Positions 30,427-42,777 of a stretch of DNA of 64,000 nucleotides are shown in pieces; position 1 is the stretch's first letter; every line of letters begins with the position of its first letter. The stretch is from Myxococcota bacterium (GTDB lineage: Bacteria > Myxococcota_A > UBA9042 > PHBI01 > JAWLBL01). Both the position numbers and the translations under genes were made by a program. The notes below the pieces were generated by a model. That model was not told where the DNA came from. It worked only from the letters and a program-made list of their open reading frames with translations, and did not search any database. The stretch covers positions 32,001 to 96,000 of the forward strand of contig JAWLBL010000006.1 of the NCBI GenBank assembly GCA_041687695.1, given 5' to 3'.

Positions 30427-33400
30427 TCACTCGTTGTCTGCGTCGTCCTCGGTTGGGGCGGACGTGCCGCGGCCGGTGGGGAGGTAGGGGACGGCGCCGA
30501 GCTGGCGGGCGAGGTGGACGCGGTCGACCAGGTCGCGGTGCTCGCCGATGCGGAAGCGGGAGAGCGGACCCTGGGGATCCAGGCCGACCTCGTCGGCGAA
30601 GAAGGTGTCGAGCCGCTGGGGCGGCGCGTAGCCCTTACGACGCATGTAGGTGAGCAGCGCGAGATCGCGGGTGATGAAGCTGCGCGGCTTGCGCTCGACC
30701 CAGCCCCAGGGCGTCTCCTCGTGCTCGGGCCCGCGCTTGTCGCGCGGCGGCTCGTCGCAGTCGGTGACGAAGAGGTCGCCCGAGAGCGGAGGCTGGCTGC
30801 GATCGAGCAGCGGAAACGACGCCAGGACGCGCGCGTACTCGGGCACCGACAGGCGGTAGGCGTCGGCCACGATGGCGTCGATCTCGGCGCGCAGCTCGCC
30901 GCGCGTCCAGGGGTCGCGCTCGGCGGAGTCGTAGGTCCAGGCTTGTCCACCCATGACGCCCTCCCAGAAGGGGGCCAGCTCGGGCGTCGTGCACGCGAGC
31001 CGAGCGACATCCCGACTCAATCCAGAAAGGCTGCCTTCCAACGTGCTCGGAGTCGGCACGGGGACTCTTTCAACGAAGGCCCAGTTCAGCGTCGTCGTAA
31101 TCCGCAACCGAACGAGGTGATCCCAAACGAACGAGTTGATGATGGCAGCTAGCGAGGCCAGTAGATCGTCTTGGGGCCCACTCAGCGTTGGGACCTTGTT
31201 CCCCGCCATGCAGGCCGGAGGGAGCGGCGCAGTGAGCATCGAGCGCTCGTTGGTGGCTCCGGTCACGTCGCAGAAGCCGAGGCGCGAGCCTGTCGTGTCG
31301 CTTGTCTCGGACTGCGCGACGAAGACCCTGGGCACCATGGCTTTGTCGACGAGCGATTGATCGGACCACACGGCGCGGCGCCCTTCTCCCGACACGTAGC
31401 GCTTCTGCGCGTGGTCGAATTGGTGGACCATCCGCCCCTCGTACAAGGCTGTGTAGCGGGCGCTGGGAAGAATGCGGAAACGCTCCTCGGCCGTGCGTCC
31501 ACGGCTGGTCCCCTCTCGCGCGTCCTCTGGGTGGACGAAGACGGTAGTAGGCCCGCCGGGCAGGTCGACGACATGCTCGAGGTAGCCGCGTTCGCGGTAC
31601 CAGTCGGCGTCGGCGGCCACCCAGTACTCGCCGCCGGGGGGCAGCGGATCGGGGTACCGGGCGGTGACCGAGCCGAACTCACGCACTCGAGTCCAGCTGC
31701 CGTCCGGCTGGCGCTCGGGACGGACGCACAGGAACCCGCGCTCGCGCATCCACTCGCGCCGCTTGAACAGCCAGGCGTCGTTGGTCATGTGGAGCTCGCA
31801 GCGGTACTTGACGTCCCAGCCGCTCGCCTCGCTGCCCAGCGCTGGATGCTGGTCATGCAGCCGATCGATCAGCGCCGCGTCTCCATCGCTGGGCAGGTCC
31901 AGCAAGGCCAGGGTTCCGGGACTCAGGCGCTGGGCGATCTCGCCCGACATGCGCACCAGGCGCCCGGGGATCAGCCCCTCCATGGCCCGCGTGTCGCGCA
32001 GCATGAAGCCAGCCGGGAACCAGTGGTCCGGGGTCGGCGCTTCGCGGCGGGCCACGAAGGCCGTGAACTTGAAGCGGCTGTCGATGTCGAAGGCCCACTT
32101 GCGATAGTTCTCGAAGACGAACAGCTCTTCGACCGCGTGCTGCTCGAGCAGCAGCCGGCGAAGGCCGGTGCAGCCCTCGGCCTGCCAGAGCGTGCTGGGC
32201 GTCAGCAGGGCGACGCGGCCGCCGGCGCGGGCCGCCTGGACCGCCCGCTCGACGAAGTAGCGGAAGGTGTCGGGATCGCCGCCGGTCTTCTTGCCGTTCA
32301 CCTCGACGACCTGGTGCTGGTACACCCCGCTGTCGCGCAGGAACCGGGCGAGGCGGGTGGTGCCTTGCTCATAGTCCAGCCAGGCTTCGGCGAGGCCCGG
32401 CTGCTCGCCGTGAAGCTTCTGGATGAGCGCCTCTAGTGACGGCCCCTGCCGGTTGGCGACGTCCCACTCGGGCCCCTGCTCTGGCCTCCCGTAGGGGCCG
32501 TAGAAGTGGCGACGCTCGGGCCGGATGCGATCCCAGGGCGGGTTGCCCACGACGGCGTCGAAGCCGAACCCCGGGCGCGCCTGGCCCGCCCCGTCGAACG
32601 CCACCTCGGGGAACTCGAGCTGCCAGTGGAAGTAGGTCTCGGGCCGCGGACCGTAGCCGACCTCGCGACCGCGGCGCAACCGGGCGACCAGCGGGTGGTC
32701 ACCGAGGGCGCGGACGGCCTCCAGCCGCTGCGCGTCCGAGGGCAACCCGCAGATGGCCTTGACCTCGGCGTATAGGCCGTCGAGCCCTTCATAGGCTGCG
32801 ACGTCCTCGGTCGTCGGTTCTCCCAGGAACCATTGCAGGCACCACAGGTCGGCCAGCAGCCGGTGGGCGGCCAGCCGCTCCTCGACCGCCTTGGCGTAGT
32901 CCTGTCCCTTGCGTTTGATGTCCATGGCCGTGTCGCTCGGGCGCGCCAGGATCGCGCGGATGCTGGCCAGGATGCCCGAGAAGAGCGAGGTGTCGATCGG
33001 CAGCGGTAGGGCGATCTGCAGGTCGGCCGCTCCCTTGCGCTTGCGCTTCTTGCCCTTCTTCGGAGCGGCATCCACGGCCTCGGACTCGGCCTCGGCCGGC
33101 GGCGGGATCGCGACCCACTCGGTGCCCTTGCGCGTGCTCTTCGACCGCAACCCAGGCGCCGACAGGCGGTCGAGGGTCGTGCCGACGAGGCTGTTGCCGA
33201 CCTTGAGGTGGTGATCCAGGAACGACAGCGGCTTGCCCGGCTCGGCGGTGTAGAGCCACAGCGCGACCCGGGCCAGCTCGACGGCCATGGGGTTGTAGTC
33301 GACCCCGTAGATGCAGGACTCGACGACCTTGCGCTTCCAGTACGCCCGCTCGGCTGGGCCGTTGTCGCGGGGCGCGTCCGGGTCGACCGGGTCGCAGCGG

Positions 33401-35100
33401 ACCGTCAGGTAGTCGGCGATGACGTCGACCACCTTGACCAGGAAGTGGCCGCTGCCCATCGCGGGATCGAGGACCCGCAAGCGCAAGACCTGCTCGGGGT
33501 CGCTGCCGCAGGCAGACAAAAGCGGCTCGACGGCGCGGCGAACCAAGCGCTCGACCAGCGAGTCGGGCGTGAAGTACGAGCCGCTGGCCTTCCGCTCGCC
33601 CTTCTGGTTGGTCAGGCTGAGGCTCGGCGGGTCGGTGCGGCGGCCGATGAGGCGTTGCTCGAGCAGGCCCTCGTAGATGTCGCCCAGGTCACGGACGTCG
33701 AGATCGGCGTAAGGGACCGGCGCGTCGGTGTTGCCCTGCAGGTAGATGAGCCGCGTGAGCACCTGATGAAGGGCGCCGTCCAGCAGCTTCCAGGTGGCCA
33801 GCTCGGGGTGCTTGTCGCGATCGAACAGCCCGCCGTTGTAGGCCGGGATCTCGAAGCCGGGGTCGCCGCGGTCGATGGCCTCGAAGAGCCTCAGCAGGTC
33901 ATCGTAGACGTTGGAGTAGCGCTCGCGCTCCTCAGCGGGGGTCTGGTCAAGGCGGCGAAAGATCGCGCGTGTCGAGCGCATCTTGGCGTAGGCCGTGTCG
34001 GCGCCTTGCGAGTCGCGCAGCGGTAGCAGGGCCTGCGCCTCGGCCTTGAGCACGAACAGCAGCCGATAAAGCAGGGTCAGCGACACGTCGCGCAGATGGT
34101 CCAGCGCGGACTGGCCGGGCAGCTCGGGCGAGACCGGGAAGCCGCAGTACCGGTTGGAGGGACAGGCCCAGAAGCCCTGGGCGATGGCCTCCACGGCCTG
34201 ATGCGCCTGGTCGCGCAGGACGTCGCGAACGCGCCGGGTGTCGGCCTCGCTCTCGCGAGCCAGCGTGTCGAGGTAGCCGCCGTCCACGGCCGGTGGACCG
34301 AAGAGGTGCCAGAAGAGGTTGAACACCTCGAGGTCCGCGTCGGTCACCTCGCGCCCGCGCAGGTCTTCGAGGAAGAGCACCAGGTCGAAGCGGAGGTTCT
34401 CGTGCAGCCGCCCCTTCTGCATCAGGCGCCAGGAGCGACCGTTCGTCAGGACGCCCCACGGCCGATCGTAGCCGCGCAGGTAGCGGTCGACCTGCTGGAT
34501 GTCCTCGATGGCGGTGGGTTCGGAGCGCTTCTTCTTGCTGGTCGCTTCGTCGGAGGCGACCTCGTCCGCCCCCACGCCCTTGTCGAACCGCTTGACGTCG
34601 ATGATGAAGGCGGCCGACCGGCAGAACTCGGGTCCGTCGGCAACCCGGGCCGCGGAGTCGGCGCCGAAGCGCTGCACCACGCTGTCTCGCACGGCCGGGT
34701 CCGAGTAGAGGACAAGGTCGGGCCGCTGCGCCGCGCTCTTCACCTCGTCGGAGGCGGCCCCGCGCAGCATCAGATGCCGGTTCTGGACCACGGCGTAGCC
34801 CAGCACGGACTCGCACACACGGCGAACGAATACGTTCTCGATGTCGGACTCGGTTGGACCGCGTAACGCCTGCTGGTGGGGGAGCAGACCGACGTAGCGC
34901 CGTCGGGGCGGGTCGGCGTCGAGACGAGCGTCGCGGACGTACATGGACCGCACGGACTCCCAGAGCCCCATCAGGGTCTTCAGCCGTTCCAAGGCATCCT
35001 TCGGGAGCACACGGAGCCGTGGGAAGCTGGGCTCGCGCGCGACCCGCTCGAAGTAGCTGCGGGTGAAGAGGCCTTCGAGGTGCATGTACGGGTGGTCCAT
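30427..35100 (-). CDS. Type IIG (Eco57I-like) fused restriction endonuclease / N6-adenine methyltransferase
   Basis: RPDLVL..IDVK nuclease motif, Q..RY..WGVLTNGRSWRL, YNGGLF, GSYFTP, LDPAMGSGHFL (motif I), GNPPW (motif IV), C-terminal TRD region. Confidence 0.9.
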   Translation of the reverse strand: MDHPYMHLEGLFTRSYFERVAREPSFPRLRVLPKDALERLKTLMGLWESVRSMYVRDARLDADPPRRRYVGLLPHQQALRGPTESDIENVFVRRVCESVLGYAVVQNRHLMLRGAASDEVKSAAQRPDLVLYSDPAVRDSVVQRFGADSAARVADGPEFCRSAAFIIDVKRFDKGVGADEVASDEATSKKKRSEPTAIEDIQQVDRYLRGYDRPWGVLTNGRSWRLMQKGRLHENLRFDLVLFLEDLRGREVTDADLEVFNLFWHLFGPPAVDGGYLDTLARESEADTRRVRDVLRDQAHQAVEAIAQGFWACPSNRYCGFPVSPELPGQSALDHLRDVSLTLLYRLLFVLKAEAQALLPLRDSQGADTAYAKMRSTRAIFRRLDQTPAEERERYSNVYDDLLRLFEAIDRGDPGFEIPAYNGGLFDRDKHPELATWKLLDGALHQVLTRLIYLQGNTDAPVPYADLDVRDLGDIYEGLLEQRLIGRRTDPPSLSLTNQKGERKASGSYFTPDSLVERLVRRAVEPLLSACGSDPEQVLRLRVLDPAMGSGHFLVKVVDVIADYLTVRCDPVDPDAPRDNGPAERAYWKRKVVESCIYGVDYNPMAVELARVALWLYTAEPGKPLSFLDHHLKVGNSLVGTTLDRLSAPGLRSKSTRKGTEWVAIPPPAEAESEAVDAAPKKGKKRKRKGAADLQIALPLPIDTSLFSGILASIRAILARPSDTAMDIKRKGQDYAKAVEERLAAHRLLADLWCLQWFLGEPTTEDVAAYEGLDGLYAEVKAICGLPSDAQRLEAVRALGDHPLVARLRRGREVGYGPRPETYFHWQLEFPEVAFDGAGQARPGFGFDAVVGNPPWDRIRPERRHFYGPYGRPEQGPEWDVANRQGPSLEALIQKLHGEQPGLAEAWLDYEQGTTRLARFLRDSGVYQHQVVEVNGKKTGGDPDTFRYFVERAVQAARAGGRVALLTPSTLWQAEGCTGLRRLLLEQHAVEELFVFENYRKWAFDIDSRFKFTAFVARREAPTPDHWFPAGFMLRDTRAMEGLIPGRLVRMSGEIAQRLSPGTLALLDLPSDGDAALIDRLHDQHPALGSEASGWDVKYRCELHMTNDAWLFKRREWMRERGFLCVRPERQPDGSWTRVREFGSVTARYPDPLPPGGEYWVAADADWYRERGYLEHVVDLPGGPTTVFVHPEDAREGTSRGRTAEERFRILPSARYTALYEGRMVHQFDHAQKRYVSGEGRRAVWSDQSLVDKAMVPRVFVAQSETSDTTGSRLGFCDVTGATNERSMLTAPLPPACMAGNKVPTLSGPQDDLLASLAAIINSFVWDHLVRLRITTTLNWAFVERVPVPTPSTLEGSLSGLSRDVARLACTTPELAPFWEGVMGGQAWTYDSAERDPWTRGELRAEIDAIVADAYRLSVPEYARVLASFPLLDRSQPPLSGDLFVTDCDEPPRDKRGPEHEETPWGWVERKPRSFITRDLALLTYMRRKGYAPPQRLDTFFADEVGLDPQGPLSRFRIGEHRDLVDRVHLARQLGAVPYLPTGRGTSAPTEDDADNE

Positions 35101-35319
35101 CGGGATGACCTCGGCAATGGTGGCGGCGGCTGGCCCCACGGGATCACGAGCGGCGCCACCGTAGCCCCGAAGAGTGAGGAGGCGCAACCAAGGCGTCGAG
35201 CGTGTGGCCGGCCCGTCGTTGCAGACGACGGGCGGCCGGGGGAGCCCGGACGTGGGGCGCGCCGGACGACGCTTGCTGCTCGGGCGCCGGGTTCGGGCGC
35301 TCACCCGGCCACGCAGGCC

Positions 35320-35585
35320 GGTACCGGACCACCCTCGGTCGCTCGCTGACCGACGGAGGGTGGTGCGATACCAGGCTGCGTCGCTCGCTGGACGGCGGTG
35401 GCCGATAGCAGACCCGGCGGGCCTCGCCCGCTGGGCGACGGAGGCTGGTATCGGACCAGGTGGCTTCGCTCGCTGAGCGATCGAGGCTGGTGTCAGACCA
35501 CCCCCCGAGGGGGTCCGACCCCCTCAGGGGGTGGTCTGATACCGGCTGGCGTGGGCCAGCGGACGAGCGAGGGTGGTCCGATGCC
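35320..35585. repeat. Cluster of a 14-bp motif GGTGGTCCGATACC in both orientations (REP-like)
   Basis: Degenerate copies at about 35320, 35359, 35447, 35489, 35530, 35572, plus weaker ones. Confidence 0.6.
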
Positions 35586-35648
35586 GCTGGGAGTGAGTGA
35601 CGCGGGGCGATCGGGCGCGTTGGCCGCGGAGGCAGGCGGCGGAGGGCG

Positions 35649-35692
35649 AAAACGTCAAGGGCCCGGTCACGCGCGCAGCCGGGCCCTTGACG
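35649..35692 (-). terminator. Rho-independent terminator of the 35712-36533 gene
   Basis: Perfect 14-bp stem CGTCAAGGGCCCGG/CCGGGCCCTTGACG followed by TTTT on the minus strand, ~20 nt after the stop. Confidence 0.75.
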
Positions 35693-35711
35693 GGATGATC
35701 AGGCGACCGGT

Positions 35712-36533
35712 TCAAGCGATCGCTTCAGCCTCCGACTCGGGCACGGGCGCGACCGTCGTCTCGGGATCGGCCTCGTCTACGATCTCCTCGCCGCTGACGG
35801 GGTCGACGTCACGGACGGTGCGACGGGCCGACAGAGCCGCGCGGATGGCCTCGTCTTGATGTCGGATGGGCTCCAGCAGGGCCGCGCGGGCCTCGGCTTG
35901 GTGGGGGTCCGGGAACTGGCCCAGGATCCAGGCCACGATGGCGCGGAGGCGCTCGTCGCCTTGGGCGTTGGCCGCGCGGACGTGATCCCAACGGACCAGT
36001 TCGTCCGTGCCCTTGGGGAGCAGGTCGAGGAACTCGGCGTTGAGCTTGCCGAGACGCGCGACCTGGGCCACCAGACCGACGGTCTGGGCCTGGGCGCCGA
36101 GGACACCGTCCGGCGACAGGTGCTCGACGATGGCTCCGACCTCGCTGCCCTGATCCACGTAGGTCAGCGTGGTGATTGCGATGGGCCCTCCCGGGTACAG
36201 CTCGCGAACGATCCGGGCCGCCGCATCCCCCTCGAGCTCGCCAGCGAGCGAGGCCGTCACCTCGACGCAGATGCGGTAGATCGCGCCGACCAGCTTGTCG
36301 ATCTGCGGATCGAGCGCCTGAAGGCGCGGGTCGACCCGGCGGTTCTTGTCGACCTTGTAGCGCCGCTCGAGCTCGCGCACCTGCTTGTCCAGCTGCTCGG
36401 CCTGGGCGCAGCGCTCGACCAGGGCGCTCAGCCCGCGTCCTTCGGCCAGTCGCTTGACTTGCGCGATGGCGAACAACCTACGACCGACCGTGAACTGGTT
36501 CAGCCGGATCCAGGGATTCAGGGACAGCTTCAT
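35712..36533 (-). CDS. Hypothetical helical protein
   Basis: ATG at 36533 (MKLSLNPW) with GGAGAGGAGAGG upstream; has its own terminator. Confidence 0.7.
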   Translation of the reverse strand: MKLSLNPWIRLNQFTVGRRLFAIAQVKRLAEGRGLSALVERCAQAEQLDKQVRELERRYKVDKNRRVDPRLQALDPQIDKLVGAIYRICVEVTASLAGELEGDAAARIVRELYPGGPIAITTLTYVDQGSEVGAIVEHLSPDGVLGAQAQTVGLVAQVARLGKLNAEFLDLLPKGTDELVRWDHVRAANAQGDERLRAIVAWILGQFPDPHQAEARAALLEPIRHQDEAIRAALSARRTVRDVDPVSGEEIVDEADPETTVAPVPESEAEAIA

Positions 36534-36954
36534 CCCGCCTCTCCTCTCCTCCCAATGCAGACTGCACCGCAAGGGGACCCCGCGATCCCTTCGGACGCAT
36601 CGCACATACGGGAGGCGTGTTGATGGTGGTTCCGGGCCATGTTGCCATCCCATCGCACCGACGCACAACCCGCCCGCAGGATCGAAGACCATCAAGCATG
36701 CTGCGAAGCAGGATTGTCGCCCCCTACGTCTCAGTGACCGCCGGAACAGGGACGGAGCAGGGCCCGGGAATTCGGCCGAAGTGTGGACCGCGGTGGTCGG
36801 CGCAGCGGACGTGGTCCAGCGCGGCCTCGACGCCGGGGAGCCGACGCGCACGCCGCCGTCGGGGCCGGCGTGGCCACGGACGGGTGGCGCAGCGCGCTCT
36901 TGCGGGTGCCGTCGTGGAGGTGGAGGCCGCCCCAGGCGCCCGGCGTCCGCCGCG

Positions 36955-38103
36955 TCAGACCATCTGCTCGGGGCGGCCGCCGGAGCTGGCGGGGCGCCGC
37001 GCGGACTGCACGATGCGGTAGCCCAGGTCGGAGCGGATGAAGAGGTACAGGAACGCCAGGATGGTCACGAGGACGCCGCCCGCGAGCCAGAGGTTGTAGA
37101 CCTCGCGGACGAAGATCTTGCCCTCGCCGACGTTGGGCATGGTCTTGGGCTGCAGCGGCAGGCCGTAGCGCAGGGCCAGCTGGTCCACGTTGACCAGGTG
37201 GATGACGGGGACGCCGTCCTCGACGAAGCGGGCCATGACCGAGTCGAGGCCGGAGGCGCCCTCGGGCAGCGTCCGGTTCAGGCCCGGCTTGAACAGGCGC
37301 TTGCCGACCTTGGTGCCGACCGAGGTCGTGCCGCCGCCGATGTTGACGTAGGCCTTGACGGGCGTGCCGGCGGCGCCCTCGACGAACAGGCGCATGCGCT
37401 CTTCGACGCTGGCGTTGTAGTTGGCCGGCTTGATGTGCGCGACGTCGTTGCGGACGATGGCGTCGACCAGCTCCTTGCGGCCCTCCTTGCTCATCCCGAG
37501 CCCGCGGTCCTCGATGCCGCCCATCGAGGCGGCCAGGGACTTGTAGGGGAAGAGGTTGCGCTGGCGCAGGACGCGCTCCATGTCGAGCCACGAGAAGCCC
37601 GGGACGTTGGCGCCCCACTGCGAGGCCGCGACGGACGAGACGATGACGGGCTTGGCGCCGACGGTCTTGAGGGCCGCGTAGGTCGCGACGTTCAGGGCCG
37701 GGAAGGAGCCCGACACGCCGACCGCCACCACGTCGCCCTCGTTGACGCCGGCCCGCTTGAGCATCTGCACGATGACCGCGGCGAAGTTCGGGTTCACCGA
37801 GGTCTGCTTGGCCGGCAGGCTGCCGCTGTTCGAGGTCACCGCGCTCATCAGCAGGCCCATCATCCCGGACCGCGTCGGGTCGGTCTCGGGATCGATGGCC
37901 GGCTGGCGGCGCGTCCGCTCGATGCGCAGCGCCTCGAAGGCGTCGCGGGTCAGGCGGGCCGCGGCGAGCTTCTCGGCGTACCACGGCTGCTTGGCCTGGG
38001 TCAGGAACGCCTCGACCGCGGTCATGCCGCCGAGCGCCAGGATGGCGACCAGGGCTAGGACCGAGCGGGAGACCTTGTTGGGGCGCCAGTAGAGCTTCTT
38101 CAT
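36955..38103 (-). CDS. pgsW: Poly-gamma-glutamate system protein (PgsW-type)
   Basis: GSLPAKQTSVNPNFAA, SGSFPALN, SQWGAN, GGIED, YVNIGGG; directly follows pgsC. Confidence 0.82.
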   Translation of the reverse strand: MKKLYWRPNKVSRSVLALVAILALGGMTAVEAFLTQAKQPWYAEKLAAARLTRDAFEALRIERTRRQPAIDPETDPTRSGMMGLLMSAVTSNSGSLPAKQTSVNPNFAAVIVQMLKRAGVNEGDVVAVGVSGSFPALNVATYAALKTVGAKPVIVSSVAASQWGANVPGFSWLDMERVLRQRNLFPYKSLAASMGGIEDRGLGMSKEGRKELVDAIVRNDVAHIKPANYNASVEERMRLFVEGAAGTPVKAYVNIGGGTTSVGTKVGKRLFKPGLNRTLPEGASGLDSVMARFVEDGVPVIHLVNVDQLALRYGLPLQPKTMPNVGEGKIFVREVYNLWLAGGVLVTILAFLYLFIRSDLGYRIVQSARRPASSGGRPEQMV

Positions 38104-38564
38104 GAGATGGCCAGCAGCTCCGAGCCCACGGTGAGGACGAGCACGAGGCGGACGATGACGGAGACGGTCATCAGGGTGGCGATGGTCTCGACGACCCCCT
38201 GGCGGTCGAGCCAGATGGCGATGAGGCCGGGGATGATGAAGCCGATGACCTGGTAGACCTCGCCGAAGGCGCCTTCGGTGCCTGCGAAGAGGCTGCGCAG
38301 GCCGATGCCGACCAGGTAGCCGGTCAGGATCATCAGGGCGGTGCGGCGGCGGCCGTAGAGGATGACGATGGGCGACAGCAGGCGCACGAAGGCGAAGGTG
38401 ATGAAGCCGGCCAGCACGGTCAGCGCGATGTCGACCGGCTGCGTGAGGCTGAGCGCCATGTAGCCGGGCACGACCATGCCGCCCGGCGCGACGCCGAAGA
38501 CTTCCGAGAAGATGAGGCTGACGGCGAGGCCGAGGCCGATGGCGACGGGGAGGAGCTCGATCAT
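38100..38564 (-). CDS. pgsC: Poly-gamma-glutamate biosynthesis protein PgsC/CapC
   Basis: PGGMVVPGY, LYGRRR, IGFIIPGLIAIW..RQG; ATGA overlaps at both ends. Confidence 0.92.
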   Translation of the reverse strand: MIELLPVAIGLGLAVSLIFSEVFGVAPGGMVVPGYMALSLTQPVDIALTVLAGFITFAFVRLLSPIVILYGRRRTALMILTGYLVGIGLRSLFAGTEGAFGEVYQVIGFIIPGLIAIWLDRQGVVETIATLMTVSVIVRLVLVLTVGSELLAIS

Positions 38565-39820
38565 GCGGCGGCGTCCTTCGAGGATGCGTCCGAGGCGTCT
38601 TGGGAGGCCCGCTGCGAGGGGGCGCTCGGGGAGAGGATGCTGCGGTTGCGGAAGTAGGCGACCAGATCGAGGCCCTGGCCGCCGATGTTGCCCATGCCGA
38701 CGATGAGGGCGGAGCGGCCCGACAGGCCGATGAGGGTCTCGAAGATCTGGTCGGTCGAGTAGTCGTCGACGTGGTGGACGCGGCTCGAGTCGAGGCCGCT
38801 CGGGACGCCGGCCTTGGCGAAGATGTAGGTGCCGCTGCCCATCAGGACGAGCTCGTCGGCCTGCTGCCACTTGGGGTAGGCCTCGCCGAGCTGGATGGAG
38901 CGGTCGGGGCGGTCGGCGCGGCAGTTGAAGACGGCGATGCGGCGGTCGACGTCGGGGAAGCGCTCGATGGCGATGTCCCAGACGCGCTCGGTCGACTCGG
39001 GGTCGTTGGCGGCGAAGGCGTTGACGAAGGTGATGCGCCGCCCGAAGAAGTCGACGTCGTAGGTCATCATGGCGCCGGGGTCGGGCGTGGCCTCCCACAT
39101 GCCGCGCAGCGCGGTGGCGCGGTCGACCCCGACGGAGGCGCAGATCTTCAGGGCGAGCGCGACGTTCTCGGCGTGCTCGATGTAGCGGAAGCCGGCGAGG
39201 TCCTCGGCGGAGATGGCCTGGACCTCCTCGAGGGTGATGCCGACGCACTTGGAGCCGCGGTCGGCGGCCGACATCTGGAAGACGTCGAGGTGGTCGCGCT
39301 CGGCCGTGTACAGGGTCTGCCCGTGCGGGGTCATGCCGGCCAGGGCCAGGGCCACATCGCGCTCGGTCGGCCCCATGACGTCGAGGTGGTCGGGGCGGGC
39401 GTTGGTGATGACGCCGTGGGTGGCGCGCACGATGCGCGCCTCGCTGAGCCACTGCAGGTAGGGCTGCAGGGCCATGCACTCGATGACCAGCGCCTGCGCC
39501 TTGTAGGCGTTGGCGGCCGAGACGATGCGCAGCTGCTCGATGATGTTGGCGCGCGCCGGGCGGAAGACCGGGTACTCGCGCCCGTCGGGCATGATCATGC
39601 GGGGCAGGGTGCCGGTCGTCTTGGCGCAGGTGGTGACGCCGCCGGCGCGCAGGCCCGCGGCGATGAGCCGCGTGACGCTGGATTTCCCGCGCGTGCCGTT
39701 GACGTGCACCCGGATGGGGATCCTGGCCAGGCGCTTTCGGTGCAGCCACAGCTCGATCGCGCCCAGCGCCACGATGAGCACGGTCGTCGCGGAGAGCAGC
39801 ACGATGTACCAGGTGTCCAA
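38561..39820 (-). CDS. pgsB: Poly-gamma-glutamate synthase PgsB/CapB
   Basis: HVNGTRGKSSVTRLI, AKTTGT, ECMALQP, DHLDVMGP, NAFAANDPES; TTG start. Confidence 0.93.
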   Translation of the reverse strand: MDTWYIVLLSATTVLIVALGAIELWLHRKRLARIPIRVHVNGTRGKSSVTRLIAAGLRAGGVTTCAKTTGTLPRMIMPDGREYPVFRPARANIIEQLRIVSAANAYKAQALVIECMALQPYLQWLSEARIVRATHGVITNARPDHLDVMGPTERDVALALAGMTPHGQTLYTAERDHLDVFQMSAADRGSKCVGITLEEVQAISAEDLAGFRYIEHAENVALALKICASVGVDRATALRGMWEATPDPGAMMTYDVDFFGRRITFVNAFAANDPESTERVWDIAIERFPDVDRRIAVFNCRADRPDRSIQLGEAYPKWQQADELVLMGSGTYIFAKAGVPSGLDSSRVHHVDDYSTDQIFETLIGLSGRSALIVGMGNIGGQGLDLVAYFRNRSILSPSAPSQRASQDASDASSKDAAA

Positions 39821-40054
39821 TGTCGCCGAGCCCCTGAAGGCAGCCGATTGCCTCGATGGACCGTCGTGGGAGCCCGCCGGCTCGCCCCGTCGCCTGGCGT
39901 GGGTCGCGACGCGCGCGGCCCGATGCCTCCTCGAGGTCCCCTTCGCCAGGTGGCGCCCAATCTGCGCCCGTCCATGGCGCCCGTCAACGAGGATTGATGG
40001 GCGGGCATTCCCCCGCCGCCGCAGGGGCGCGCGGCACGCCCGCTGCGGTGCCGC

Positions 40055-41028
40055 TCAAGGCTCGCCGACGATCCCCAGGTGCAGGATGCGCGCGCCCATG
40101 GGGCTGACCGGGTTGGTCGACTTGCCGACGACCACGCCGTCCTCGGGGGCGCGGTACTCGGTCAGCACGTCGCCGTAGATGTTGGTCAGGCGGGCGACGA
40201 CCTCGCCGCGGCGGACGGTGTCGGTGACGCCGGGGAAGACCTCGAGCAGGCCGCCGCGGTCGGTGTACAGCCAATAGGAGTGGCGGCAGACCACGGGGTC
40301 CTCCTCGGACTCGAGGATCTCGCCGGGGACGACGCCGAGGTGCACGAGGACGTTCTCGATGCCCTCGACCGAGGTGCGGATGAGCGACTTCTGGAAGCGC
40401 AGCGGGTTGCCGACCTCGACCGTGATGGCGTGCAGGCCCATGGACGCGGCGGCGCTGCGCAGGGTGCCGTCGGCGCCCTTGTTGTGGACCAGGATCTGCG
40501 CGGGCTGCAGCCGGGCGAGCGCGGCGGTGACCGGGTCGGTCAGGTCGGCGCGGACGTACAGCGAGTTGACGCGGCCGAAGGACGCCGTGTGCAGGTCGAC
40601 CAGAAACGCGAGGGGGCGCAGGACGCGGTCGAGCAGGCGGTGGGCGTAGACGGGGGCGGCGGCGCCCTGGGGGCGGCCGGGCATGACGCGGTTGAGGTCC
40701 GAGCCGTCGGCGTAGCCGCGCTGGTGGGCGTGGAAGCCGGGGACGTTCAGGACCGGGACGCCGACCACGGCGCCGCGGAGGCGGGCGAGGTCCAGGTTGC
40801 GCAGGACCTGGTGGACGACGGGGAGGCCGTTGACCTCGTTGCCGTGGATGGCGGCGGTGAGGCCGACCACGGGGCCGTCGTGGGGCCCGCGGGCGACGAT
40901 GACCGGGACGCGGACCGGATCGCCCATGGCGTCGCTGGCCAGGGTGACGCGCAGGCGGGAGACGGCGCCGCGGGGCAGGGTGTCGATGTCCAGGCGGTCG
41001 ACCTCGAGTGGGTCGGAGGCGCCCGAGA

Positions 41029-41032
<4 letters not shown>
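40055..41032 (-). CDS. Succinylglutamate desuccinylase / aspartoacylase (M14-like) family protein
   Basis: [28 protein letters not shown]. The TTG start overlaps the upstream TGA. Confidence 0.88.
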
Positions 41033-42585
<1,553 letters not shown>

Positions 42586-42700
42586 GTCTGCGGGAACCTC
42601 GAAGGGGGCGCGTGGTGCGTCGAGCATGACCACGGCGCCGCGGCCGCGGCAAGGCCCGGGCCGGGGGAGCGGGTTACGCGGGTGGGATGGGGGATGAGGA

Positions 42701-42777
42701 GGGGCAGGGGAGAGGGGCAGGGGAGAGGGGCAGGGGAGAGGGGCAGGGGAGAGGGGCAGGGGAGAGGGGCAGGGGAG
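42701..42777 (+). repeat. (GGGGCAGGGGAGA)x6 G-rich tandem repeat at the outer edge of element 1
   Basis: Exact 13-bp period read directly. Confidence 0.95.
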
